Below are positions 13,127 through 25,484 of a stretch of DNA of 64,000 nt, piece by piece; positions within the stretch are counted from its first letter, which is position 1, and every line of letters begins with the position of its first letter. The notes under the pieces were generated by a model that did no database searches, was not told where the DNA came from, and worked only from the letters and a program-made list of their open reading frames with translations. The translations under genes were made by a program, and so were the position numbers. The DNA lies in contig CAJFCJ010000006.1 in assembly GCA_904063045.1 (NCBI GenBank), positions 1,183,771 through 1,247,770 of the forward strand, given 5' to 3'. This DNA comes from Dimorphilus gyrociliatus. Taxonomy: Eukaryota > Animalia > Annelida.

Positions 13127-16100
13127 TCAATCTATTTCCGGATTTTGTCTAGAGCTAAAAGAAGACGGCTTCACGGAGAGCGTATTTTCCATGCTATCGC
13201 TTCTCGCACTTTTTCCTACAATTTTTTCGGCCTTATGGCACTTTGTATGACGATCTGAATACTTTTTTTTCAAGACGTTTGAATCGCTAGCTCTTCTTCC
13301 CATAACTGTTTCTAACTGACTCCGACTTGTAGGAGCACTATACGATTTTATGACGAGTAGATTGTTGCCATTTCCTCTGCTGAACGATTGACAACCTGAA
13401 GGAAATGAGTGTTTTGACGATTCGGGTGTTGTTTTCGGTCGTCCCATATAAAAAGAGGGGGCTACCAATTGTCGACCAGAAACTTCAAGGCGTTCCAGAG
13501 TTTTGCTTACGAGTTTCATATCTTTTTGTAAGTCTAATTTAAAGGAAGTATAGGAAGACGGTCTAGTACTTTCTCCAAGGAGTTTTACAGATGAGCCACT
13601 ACTTGTGGTTGACAATACTTCAACCTCAATATTCTCTTTCTCACTATCAGCAGTACTAGATTTGACAGACGAACAATTAGCACTAGACATAATTTCAACT
13701 TTTATATTCTCTTTTTCTAAATCGTAATCATCATCTTCAATTTGACTGGCTTCAGTGCAAGAACCTGAGCTTATTAAATCTATTTCTTCATCATTATCTT
13801 GTTCGACAGATTTACTTTCTGTTTGCTTCAAACTCTCAGGTAGAGTAGAGTCGGATAGCGTATTAGTTTCTTTTTTCACTTGTATCGGCGGTAATGGTTT
13901 CAAGTTCAACTGATCTAAACAGTTGTTTGAAATTTCTGTGGAGGCTTTCTTTTTTGATTTATTCTTTTTCTTTAATTGGCCATCTTGTATCTTGAAGATA
14001 GATTTCTTTGTCGACTTATAAGTTTCGTTCCTATTCTTCCATTTATGGTCAGGACAATGGCTGAATAAGATATAAAGATTAAAACTATAGATGGCGTTAG
14101 GCAAAAAGCCTAAAATAAACTATAGAATAAAAATTGTATTACCTACGGCATATTCCCATCAGCCAGGTGTCTATGCTCTTAAAAATGTACCTAGATTAAG
14201 ACAACAGTGGCTTGGTGTAAGAATCTTATTATTTTAGCATTAAACATGCTCACGTACTTCATTGAGTGATATGAAGTGCTTTTAAATCTGTAATCGTCGA
14301 AAATACCAACGTGGCCTTTGTGCCAACGTGATCCGATAGTTTTACGTCCCTCTCCCAACCAAATTTCAACATGGGTCAAATTATGCCTTTGCTTTTTCAC
14401 TGTAATCGGAAAACGAGATCGATTCTAAATATAGTTACTAATTAGGAATTCGTTAAAAGCGAATGCGCGACGAATGCCAATTAAGTGCGTTACGAGCATC
14501 AAAGCCACCTTTACGTCTAGGCGCTTTTAACATTTACATAGAAAAATACAAAAAATTCCAGACGAGGGCGTATTCATTCAACAAAGGTACTTTTGTAACA
14601 CCAGTCCCGAAGGTCGCATTCCGTTCATGAAGCCAGTGCACATAAAAGTATATATTTAAATAAAAAGTATATATATATAGTGAATGTATATATAAATATC
14701 TATATTTTTTTAAGTATATTTATAAATATATATATAAATATACGCTTTGAAATGCCTCTTAATCGTTTGCGCCACTCCCCTGATGTACTGTATAGGTGAA
14801 TGAATAATATATGCATAATACATAAATGGGGTATTTGGCTTTTATACGCAAATTGATAAAAAAGCTTAGCTGTTTATGAATTTATGTGTCTTTCACACAT
14901 TCAATAAAAAAGAGTAAATTAACTACGTTTATACTTACTCTTTTCGTTATAGTAAACTGCCGATATGAAAACTAGATCGCCCGGCTTCATATCCTCCTCC
15001 CGTTCAACCGTTATCGGTAAAGTGTCGTGCTGATAAGCTTGATTCCATGACCCAATTCGAAAACCGAATTCATCTTCGAGATCTCGCATTATTCTACGTA
15101 CAAGACCACAGCAGTCGAGAAACAGTTTCGAATGGTATTCGGAATCTTTGAAGGTGTAAATTACGTAATTTTTTAAGTTGTTTGAGGCTTGGGGAAAGTC
15201 AACGATTAACCTACTAACCGTTCTCCGTCCAGTAACGCCTTGCATAAGGCGTCCCGAAATATTTCCTAGCTTGTTCAATCAGTCTATACCTGAGCGCCAT
15301 CATCCGCTCAGGGTTTGCTAACGCCCTCAGAGTTGCCTCACTACGTTTTTTCCTATTCTTTTTTCTGCACTTTCTCATATCATTCTGGGAAGAAAAAAGT
15401 CTAGGGGTAACAATGGGCTCTATTATTCAGCTTGCATTGGGCTACACATTCTTTCTCGTTTCGTCAATATTTGATGTTTGTGCGACAGGTATGACAAAAA
15501 TATGTAACGAAATTCCGCCCCTCCCACAAAACTCTTTTTACTGTTTTATTGCTAATTCTTAAGAAAGGGACGGTCCAATAGGTTCTCTTTGTTACAATTT
15601 AAAAGTATGAATCGGGTACAACGTAAGCAATATTTTCTAAAATGCTGTTTTATCACAAGCCTACACTAGGAAAAGACAACAAACAATTGTTTATTTTGGA
15701 GCGTAAATATAGGCTAAAACTGTAATTGAATTTTTAAGTTGTACGATTTTATTTATAGAGCGCACGTAAACGGATACTAAATTAGAGACTCTCTTTTCAA
15801 GACTAGACGGTAATCGATATATAGGTAAAAATCTCTCGGTGAGCAGATGGATGTGTTTACATTCCGTAGTTATGGCGACTACATCAACAAGCGTCTCATG
15901 ACGTCATAATCTATATCCTTTCTCGTTCATTTTCCGGCTTTGAACTTTGAACCTCGTTGTTGAATGATAACTTATTTTCTTTATCTAAGCATATACCTGC
16001 TTTTTAGTTAAAAAAGTAACCCCAAGCAAGAGTATAAACGACGATCATTAATCCTTCATAAGTTCGATTAGTGAAGTAAAGAGTAACGTAAACAGTGCTT

Positions 16101-17883
16101 TATACAGTATTTTTGCTTGTAGGAAGTTTCTTAACAATTGGTTATTTTTTTCGTCATGCCTGTCTACTTAAGTGTATTATAAAAACGTCGACAAGTAATT
16201 AAACGATAGGCTTTTATTATTTATCAAATACATAACATTAGAGATGATTTATGGCTGCCGCCTGACAATAAAAAACCTCCCATCCTTCAATATATCAGAC
16301 TATTGATAAAAATGGAACAGTAATAGTCATAAAAAGCAAAACATAGGGTATACTAATGCAAGATTCCCTCCAAAACCGGTCTAGACACGTTTATAACGGT
16401 AATCCCATCGAAATCGCCTCAAACTACAGTATACAGTAAGTGTCAATACACACAGGGCGCCGTTGAAATGCTATTACTCTGGTTTAATTACAACTGTAAT
16501 CCCCCAACACAAGACCGATAAAGGAACTCTGCTGGACTAAAAAACTAGCAGACTTTTCGGCACGCGTTAAGCCCGTTCAAGTCCGGTTCAAAGGCGAACC
16601 GCCTTATTTCTTTATCACAATCACGCTCGCGCGTTGTTTACTATGTGAATAGGTCACGAGTGCCCAGTCATCTCACGTCTAACTGAAAAAGCTGGCAAAA
16701 AAAATGATACTATGATATTAACATAAAAGAAAGCGAATGATTTGTGGATGATGCGATGACGTCGAATAGCACTGCCACGTGTATCCAAGAACAACAGAAG
16801 CGTCGTCCCGAGCAACAAACGCTTTGTTTATACTCGTATCCTTGACAACCCGGGGCGTGCGGCTGGCCAGTATAGAATGTAGCTGCAGTTCAAGCAGACA
16901 AGATGAAATCTTTCGTTGATGTTTCGGACTCGGCAGACATCTTTACCTGACAGTATTAAGGCATTGTAGTCTCCTAATGCTGCTAGGTAAGATGCCAGCA
17001 GGGACCGCAATTCCAAAATCTTCTTCAAGTTCTTCATATCACAACTAGACGACATCCAAAAAAATCATAAGAATGATTAAAGGAAAGTATAAAGCTATGC
17101 CAATATCCGTACACCTGGTCAAATGGCGCCTAACTCACTAGGTCGCGGGTTCTAGTACAATAAGCAGGTGCATGCTGGTTGGCCATCACTACTAGCACGT
17201 GACGGGACGTCCAGTAGCAGAGGGGCGAAGCCGATGGGTTTCTTTCATTGAATATGTATTGTTTTCAAACGGCAACATGTCTAGATACGCCCTCAAAACC
17301 GTCATGGCGACCGACGTGTGTTCGCATTTATATTGCATTGAGTTATTGTTAAAGCTTAGGAATTTTTCATCATGGGCGTAATACTACAGGTGAACTCTAA
17401 ATATAGCCAGCCGCCGCCTTAACAGGTTAAGTAAGTCTCAAGCAGGATGTCACGTGATAGTCAAAAATGCTAACGCGTTGTGGCATAAAAAAACTTAGCG
17501 CAGTTAGAAAAAAATCTATTAACGTGCCAAATAGAATGGGGTCAGTGAAGTCGCGACAGCTGACGCCAACCAGCAGCGGCAGCGAGCGTCGACAATGAAC
17601 AACATATGGCGCAAGCATCAACAAATGATAAATGCCTTTTCTCTATGTAAAATATTTGAAGCGTAAAAAGCTGACATTTGCGCCATCTACTTTTAATACG
17701 TACAACAAATATTCGTTGTCCCTTTTCCCCACCCCGAAAAAAAAAATAGGAATATATAGCTACCTCTCGTTTTTTCTTGTACTTTTGGAAGGCGTCTTGA
17801 AGAGTTTCGTTTTTCATTTCGTCGCTTAAACTAACAACAAACGAATCGGACACACTCCGTTTCTGTTCATTTCGGCATTCCAT
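13127..17883 (-). CDS. Eukaryotic NlpC/P60 (papain-like amidase fold) domain protein with long Ser-rich tail
   Basis: Exon 17883-17764 (40 codons, TLQDAFQKYKKKRE) splices in phase 0 to 15384 (NDMRK...ARKYFGTPY). Then LDCCGLVRR (catalytic Cys), MKPGDLVF, THVEIW (catalytic His), FKSIDTWLMGIC and SHCPDHKW, followed by a low-complexity tail to TGA at 13127. Confidence 0.8.
16936..16994 (-). ncRNA. mir-8: Pre-miRNA mir-8 (miR-8/miR-200 family), intronic and sense to its host
   Basis: Minus strand 16958-16936 reads UAAUACUGUCAGGUAAAGAUGUC, the conserved protostome miR-8-3p. 16994-16973 reads CAUCUUACCUAGCAGCAUUAGG (miR-8-5p type). The loop is 14 nt and an imperfect basal stem extends to about 16923/17007. 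Confidence 0.97.
17680..17691 (-). promoter_or_regulatory. CTCF-type motif
   Basis: Reverse complement AGTAGATGGCGC in the mir-8 host intron. Confidence 0.5.
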
Positions 17884-18673
17884 AACGTGAACGCACGTGA
17901 CCCTGTAAAAAAAGGCAAAATGTCAATTTATATCTGTTCATATCTATAATATCTTAAATAGTAGTGCGAACTAAGAAGAAAATCGACTGAAAAACAACTA
18001 ACTAACATAGAGAAGTCAAAAAATTCAAGCAATTTTACCTTTGGCGCCGCCGCCACAGCCACGGCGATTTCGGGAGGACAGGTAAGAAACGACAATATGG
18101 CGGACGTTTGGAAGACTGTCGCTCATTCGTCCACGACGACTTGGCGGGATTTGTTTTAACCAATCATCATTCGCGACTCTTAGTTTACCTGTGCTAATTA
18201 ATCAATAGATGTCGCTTGTGTATGGCCAGTGAAGGGCCTTTTAAATTGGAAACTCAACATGAATTTTGAATTCCTAGCATTATTTATTAATTAGGGCAAT
18301 TTTATGTCCATATGGGCAAGCAATCTGCAAAAGAATAGTAAAGTTGAAAGTGACTTGAAAAACAAATACAGGTGGCACTAATTGTAAAAATTCTATTAAG
18401 ATAAAAAAAATTGTCTAGCTGCGCGAAAATATTTGTAATTTAAATATAAAAAGAACTAGATGACTAAGAGGGTTAAAATGGATTTTATTATACTCTTTAC
18501 CTCTATTGTAAATAGTCAATATGAATTTTACATATACAAAAAGATGATAATTACCACTACAGCCGATGCCCCCATTTTAAAGTAACTTAAGCGTGTTAAA
18601 AGTATGAAAAGCTGTTAAATATTATAGCCATAAAAATGACTAAAAGCGCCCCCTTTTATTCAATGCAGAAAAA

Positions 18674-19167
18674 ATGAAGAGAGTTAGTTATAAAGAAAGT
18701 GACAGATAGTTCAAAATTTGAAGAATTTGTTCGTAGATAGTTATTTAAGGCTTTTAATGCATGAAAAAACCTTTTAGTTATTTATTTATCGCATCATAAA
18801 AACTTCTTCAACGCTCTATTAAAAGCAATCTCCCAACACAAACTTTCACTCTTCACGTTTTAAAATATACAGCATATACAGATAAAAAGTAAAGCACATC
18901 TACTCAATAAAAACAGCACCAAATATCTATTTCCGAAATTTTGACACAGAAACTGGAGAATAAACATTTAAAAGGACTGGAAAATTAACAATCCGCTACT
19001 GTATTTAGAAAGTAAATGACAATTAAAACGCTGTAGAAGACAACTGCAAAACCAAAATCGAAGTAATAGCAAACATAACGTTAAGGAGTACAAATCGAGG
19101 TTGTAGTGCGAATATTGATATTGTATTAAACCATTATACTACAAAAAAAAGCTTTATCTACTTTTAA
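18674..19167 (+). pseudogene. Decayed tandem paralogue of the neighbouring MOLO-1-like gene
   Basis: Remnant translations KRVSY/FEEF, LLKAI and RRQLQNQ-(frameshift)-IEVIAN...GCSANIDIVLNHY match the intact gene's NRVNY/IEDF, LLKAI and RQQMQIEIENLAN...RCAANIDIVLSHY. Stops and frameshifts lie in between. Confidence 0.62.
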
Positions 19168-19710
19168 GAATTAAGCGTTAAATTTGTTATTGAAAACAAG
19201 TAGCCCCCTAGTTGGCTTGTAAAAGAGAAATACGTGGGAAAGAGAGATAGAATAAGAGAGTTTACAAAGAATTCATGAGGAAATGCCTGCTAATTAAATA
19301 AGCGTGAATATTTTCCGATATTTCATGTTATTCTCAAACTCCCTTTAGTACTGCTATAATAAATAGTCTTTTTTTAGACTTGTTTTATTATGTGCCCTTA
19401 TAATGTTGGATATTCTTCTATTAAGTGTATCGATAGTGAACAGATTTGACATTCAAAGATAGATTTCAATATTATTATTCTGTCTATCTCTGCCTATCTT
19501 TACCTACTTGTTTCATAGTGTACAAACGATAGATGGCGTTAAAATTAACATCTTTCGTCCAGAGAAATCTTTTTCAGCTGTTCATATCGGATATAGAGGT
19601 CGCGTAAATCAGTTTGTAAAAAGAGTAAAAAAGCCAATAAAAAACAAAAAGATTATATTGAAAGGAAGATCTAAATTCTATATAATGATTTATGAGAAGA
19701 AAAGGGGATT

Positions 19711-21091
19711 ATGAAGAAACCTTATTCTTATTTGAATTTCGTACTAATTTGGACGGTTTCAGAAGCTTTTAAAGAGATAAATTACGATGAAAAATCAGTA
19801 AATCGCGTAAATTATTCGTTCGAAAATCTACCCAAAATAAATTCAATAGAAATTGAAGATTTTGCAAAAAGTTGTGGGGTAAATCTTAATTGGTTTATAA
19901 GTAATGAAACTAAAAACCTTCATATTTGCGATCCTGAGAATATATTAGACGACAAAGATGGTATATAATTACAACTTTTTTTTATAAAATATTAATAAAT
20001 ATATATTTAAAAATGCAAATATACTATAGAGTGTACTGTATATCTATATGGTATATATAGTGTACTTGTACATACGATTTATATGTTTATGTATATGGTA
20101 GATTTACATTTTTAAATACTGTACATATAAAAAGCAGATAAATACATTAATAAGTAAATAAATAAATATCTATATATAAGTATTTATTTACTTATATATA
20201 TATATATATATACAGTATACTGCATATATGTATATAATTTCTATTACCTCAGTCAAAGGAATTAAGACGTAATTAATTTATTAAAAGCTATTATTCTCAA
20301 CGAAGAAGCGCAAGAACTTTGTTACGTTGATAACTGTCCGTGCAAAAACAAAGGATCATTTATTGTATCGGACGAAGAAAATGACAAATGCTCGTTTTTG
20401 CACGTTTACCGGAAGAAATCTTATCGATTCAAATGTCGTAGTTTTTACCTGAGGCTGTTTATAATACCTGAACTTAAATTTTCACAACAGTAAGTCTTTT
20501 ATTTCCTAAAAAAAAACCGAAGGAGGATATTCTATATACCCTATTTAATGGTTAACATTTAGATATTTAGCAGTAAGGAAAAAGATCTTTTTCCGGTTCA
20601 ATCGATGTTTATACCCTTTTAACGAGTTTCTGTTAATTTTCAGAAATAAAAGAACAAGGCAGCAAATGCAGATTGAAATCGAAAATCTAGCGAATAATTT
20701 ATCGAAAGAATGGGAAAAGAGTCAAAGGTGTGCGGCAAACATCGATATAGTATTAAGCCATTACGACAAGAAGCTCTATATTACAGTTGGAAAGAATATA
20801 ACTATCTTTGCACGATGTATGAATTATATATATAGTCAAGTACTCCAACACTTTAGGAAAGGTGACTATGGAAGGGGTTTAAGTCAATTAATTCAGCGTT
20901 TTAGACAAGCTTTGAAGGAGAAGGGAAAAGACATTTGCGGCAAAATAACAAAAAGAGACCATGTTGTAGTTTTGTTTGTCTCTGTGGGGTTGACTCTATC
21001 TTTCTGCTGTTGTTTTAGTAATATTTTCTATATTAAGAGGTATCTTGATACTAATTATAAGAGTTTGCCAAAAACTGTTAAAACGCAATAA
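19711..21091 (+). CDS. MOLO-1-like TPM-domain single-pass membrane protein
   Basis: Signal peptide, SCG...HICDPENIL (CDPDxIL motif), LANNLSKEW...C..NIDIV, HFRKGDYGRGL and a C-terminal TM VVVLFVSVGLTLSFCCCF. Exons 19711-19960, 20267-about 20489 and about 20645-21091. Confidence 0.72.
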
Positions 21092-21125
21092 TTTATTTAA
21101 CAATAAAAGGAAAATACTTAAAATT

Positions 21126-21138
21126 CAGTAGATGGCGT
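21126..21138 (+). promoter_or_regulatory. CTCF-type motif
   Basis: CAGTAGATGGCGT just downstream of the MOLO-1-like AATAAA. Confidence 0.55.
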
Positions 21139-21503
21139 TGAAAAAAAAAAGTTTAGAAAAAATGAACAAAAGAAAGTCAGAAAGAGAAAAAATATCTGTT
21201 TTGTCCATGCAGCTAATTTGCAGGCGATCGAAAAGTCGGGGGATCAAAGCGCCTGCAAACTGGAAAAGTGCGGCGAAAAGGACGCAGGAAATGAAAATAT
21301 TGAACCAAATTTTTGCAGCGGTCGACGTTGCAACTGCAACAGCGTCTCTAGCGACCGTCACTTTTCGCATTCCGTCGCGCACCTGCATTACGGAATATAA
21401 ATAACTTATACGAAGATATACAACGCCCTCTGGCTATCGCACGCAATTCATTCGGGCGTTCGAAAGTGACGGCGAGCGATGCGAAATAAGACTAATTGGA
21501 ATT

Positions 21504-24500
21504 ATGAAAAGGATGAGAGCGTTCGTCATCGCCGTTGGCTTCCTCTTTTCTTTCCCACGGACGAAAGGTAGGAGATTAGCATTTAGATGATAGGAGCGGA
21601 AAAATAGTTTCCCTAATCAAAAGCCATCGGATCGATAGCGAGATGACCGATTTTTTAAAGTCGTTTTGTCATAGAGACGTCACGGAGTCCTTAATGGATT
21701 CAATTCGATTTTTTCTTATGATTTAGCCGCTCATGATCAAGGAACAAAAATGGATTACGCATATGCAGAGTACGACAACTCCGAATATGATTCGTACGGT
21801 AAAGCCTGAAAGAGAATGATTTTCCTTCAGTCTAAAATTCTTCTTTTTTTGTTCCGACGTTTGGCGTGGTTGCATTCTCCACTATCATTCTCTTTCTCTT
21901 GTATATATCTCTCTCTCTTCTCCCCTCTCTCTCTTTCTTTTGATTTCTATCCATCTATCTCTCTCTCTCTCTCTACTTAAGATATATGCATATATATGTC
22001 TCCGAACATATATATATCTGATTTTTGTATGTGTGTGGGTGTTCTAGATCATTTTTCTATATATAAATATATATATATATATATATGTGTATATTTTTAA
22101 AATGTATACATACATATATATATATACTCTTTAGTTATTTTTTTCTATAATTTTTTATAAGTAATTTTGTTTTTGAACGTCTGGAAACTACGTTAATCTT
22201 TTGAAGGACGAGAGAATTGGACGAGTGAAGTTCTTTTTTCCCAGAACAATTCAATTAGTACGGCGAGATCCTCTAAATGATTCAATTTTTTTGTGAGATG
22301 ATCTCGGAACTTTTCACCCGAACTACCTTCGTCCGAAACTTGATTCGTAGTTTCTCTTAGGCACGATAGAAAGAAATTATTCTAATTGGAAATGACCAAA
22401 TGAATAGAAAAAAAAAAACAACAAAAAATTCCCAAACAAAATTGAGGAAAGATGTCCGCGCCAAACGTCCGTCTTCACGCGTGATTCGTATACATTGTTC
22501 CGTATATATAATATATACAATTTTTTTTTCCAAAAAAAGTATATTTATATATGCAAAATACACCGTAGGCCTATAACGGCTTCTTTCAGCTCAGACAGAA
22601 GGGGATACGGGTTACGAGGAATACGATGATGAAAACTATGAATCTTTCGACTATAGCGATCCAGGTATAGTACTTTTAAACAACAGAGAACAAAGTAATT
22701 TAGTAAATAATAATAAAAGTAAAGGAAAAAAACGAAAAAAAGAATATGAAAAGAGTCACGCGTCTCTGTGTTATATATATATATATATTTTTTTTTTAGT
22801 TTTGTTTTAAGGTGACGCTCGTCGTTGCTCTGCGTCGGTCAAGTAGACTTTACCGTCGCTATAAGCGTATGCTCAAACGTCGCCTAGTTTAATTATAAAT
22901 AGCTTTGCGTGTTGTTTTGTATTCTATTTTGTATAGATGGATAAACCTATGTATTATATACATATTAGTGTACAGATAAGTATACATATTTATTAATAAC
23001 CAGTGTTTGTCATACACGCTGTTTATTAAAGTGTATACTGCCTTTATACTATAAAGATGAGTAGCCAACACACTATAAACACTTTATGCAATTTTCATAC
23101 AAAGTTTTTTTTAATTGCAAACATTATATTACTTTATATACTAGACTAGCCAATTGCGCTGTATAGGCCTTGAGAAAGGTAGGTATTACAAACTATTATC
23201 GTATAATGCTCCTTTTTTTATTTTTCTGTACAATAAAGTGTAAGGGAAAACAACAATAAGGGCACATTGTTTACACAAAACCGCAATAATATAATTATAT
23301 TTTCTGGGAGGCGGAAATGAAATTGGTAGAAATCGCAGTCGCACAAAATGTGTAGGCCTACTGCATAGTCATTTTTTACCCATGTAAACGCTTGTACCCC
23401 TGTAGCGATTTTTCGGGCATGCAATAAGAGGACGACCTTTAACACTAACAGGTTTAGGCCTGGAACCGGAATTTGACGCCCATTTCACAAATTTGTCCTA
23501 CGTTGTTGGGGAGACTGCAATTCTTCCTTGTAGAGTGAAAAATAGGGGAAACTATCAAGTTTCCTGGTCGTCACCGGACCAAGTATTTTTAACAGTTGAA
23601 GACCGTAGAACAGTAGACGATAGCCGTTTCGACATATTAAGGAGCGTTGAAGAAGAATGGAATTTGCAACTCCGTACGGTTCTTTGGGAAGATAGAGGAA
23701 CTTACAAATGCATTGTAAACTACCATCAACCCAAGAGCAAATTAGTCAATTTGAGTGTTCGTGGTGAGTATTGAACGGAGTCGATTGCGTGACTACCGAT
23801 CGCCGGAATTATTTACGATGTTTATATATTGTTAGCTATATATATATATAGTACATAGTAAAATGGGGAGGGTCGAATAGAAGGCTAGCATTGATAGAGA
23901 TAAAAGGAGAAGACGACTAACAAAAAGAACAACAACAAAAATGTATACCGTATAATATTAAGAAGAGAGAAAATTGAATCGGAGAGTTTTAGTCAAGATC
24001 AATGCGACGCTTTGATTGTGCAACAAAGACGCTCCGACTTGCTACTCTAATCGAATGAAGGTTGCGGAGCGAAGCGCGGTTAGTTTGGTAAGGAGACGTC
24101 GTCTCTTATACTTCTGAAATTTTAATGAGCGTTCTCTGAATAATTGCCGTTCTGTAGAATTAAAGTTTTGCAGTTGACCGAGCAAAATTCGAGCTAATAA
24201 GAGTAATTGGTAGTAAATAAGCCATGAGCTGAGCCGTATTGCAGCCACTGCTTAATCCCCAACCGCTAGAAATTCGCGCCAAAAGTAGCTCGACGCCTCC
24301 CCTTAATGCATTTTCTCTCGACACCGGCGTCGCTCGATACGTAAATGGTCTTTTCATATCGATCCACCTATTGTTCGTCTTCTCACAGTTCCCGCCACGA
24401 TCATCGACGAATTGTCGAGCGGCGACGCCACTGTAGAGGAAGGAGCGACTGTCATCCTAAACTGCAACGTAACTGGAGTACCTTATCCAACAGTGTCGTG

Positions 24501-25484
24501 GTACAGGAGACGCTTCGACTCTAAATCGGAAGATGAACGAGAAAGTTTGTTTCTTTATTTTCTTAATTGCGGTTAAAAGCAGTGAAACACCTGCGTCTCG
24601 CTTGCGGGCTTAGTTCCGGTCGAATTTATACTTCGACAAGCCCTAATTTTAACTCTTTTCCCAAGTAAATAAACACGTAAATATCTAATTTGATAAATAA
24701 TATATAAACTTTTTCATTCATGAATTCTTAATTTATTCATACAGGAATAGTGAACAGCACAGGAGAAGCTCTTATTATCCCTAATGTAACACGGTATTGC
24801 GATGATATCTACGAGTGTGTTGCGGATAATGGTGTGTCGGCAGTTAGTCGCCAAATGCGAGTTACTGTCGAATTCGAACCCGAAATTACCTTACCAGCCA
24901 GCCGATTCGGGCAAATTGCGGGCAAGACTACAATGTTAGAATGCCGGATAACGGCACGGCCACAAGGAGAGACGGTATGGAGGAAAAATGGCAAAATAGT
25001 AAATCAAAAAACTGATAAGCGTTACCAATTGCATGCTTACGAGTATGAGCAAGCGCCCCATACAATAAGTGTCTTTTTGACTATTAAAAATGTCAAGAAA
25101 TCAGACTCTGGGGTATACGAATGCTTCTCAACGAATCCTCTTGGTAATGATTCGGAAAAAATGGTTTTCACGGGTAAATTCTATGCTCTATTATTATTAT
25201 AATATTAAATCCGTAGAAAGTCAGTAGACAGAACCGATAAATAATTAATGAATAAATCTAATTCAATATCTGGATTTAATCGGTTTTTTTTTACTCTCCT
25301 TTAAGTCAAACCAAAACCGAATGAAACCTTACCAAAGAGATCGTCTCCAGAGGAAGTGGACCTGGAAGAGAAGCAATCGTTAGACTTTCATACTCGGCCG
25401 GAGCGAACGGGAGCTTCCTCATCGTTTCAAATGTCTTCTCGCCTATTCGCCTTAACCTTTACAGTTCTTGCCGGAACGCTATAA
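21504..25484 (+). CDS. Lachesin/IgLON-like GPI-anchored 3-Ig adhesion protein with acidic Tyr-rich N-terminal stalk
   Basis: Signal exon MKRMRAFVIAVGFLFSF, two acidic exons, then Ig1 (ETAILPCRVKN...WNLQL...DRGTYKC), Ig2 (VEEGATVILNCNVTGVPYPTVSW...DIYECVADNGV) and Ig3 (LECRITARP...DSGVYECFSTNPLG). Hydrophobic GPI-type C-terminus SRLFALTFTVLAGTL. All junctions phase-consistent. Confidence 0.88.

Noticed and set aside
15220-15231. 12-nt match to the miR-184 5' end
   Set aside because: It lies in coding sequence (WTEN), the match ends at the splice donor, and there is no hairpin.
16575-16584. tRNA T-loop-like GTTCAAGTCC
   Set aside because: The T-stem does not pair and no cloverleaf is present.
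16828-17055. 75-aa ORF with a good-looking CAG|GTAAAG donor
   Set aside because: It overlaps the mir-8 hairpin; the apparent donor is part of the mature miRNA.
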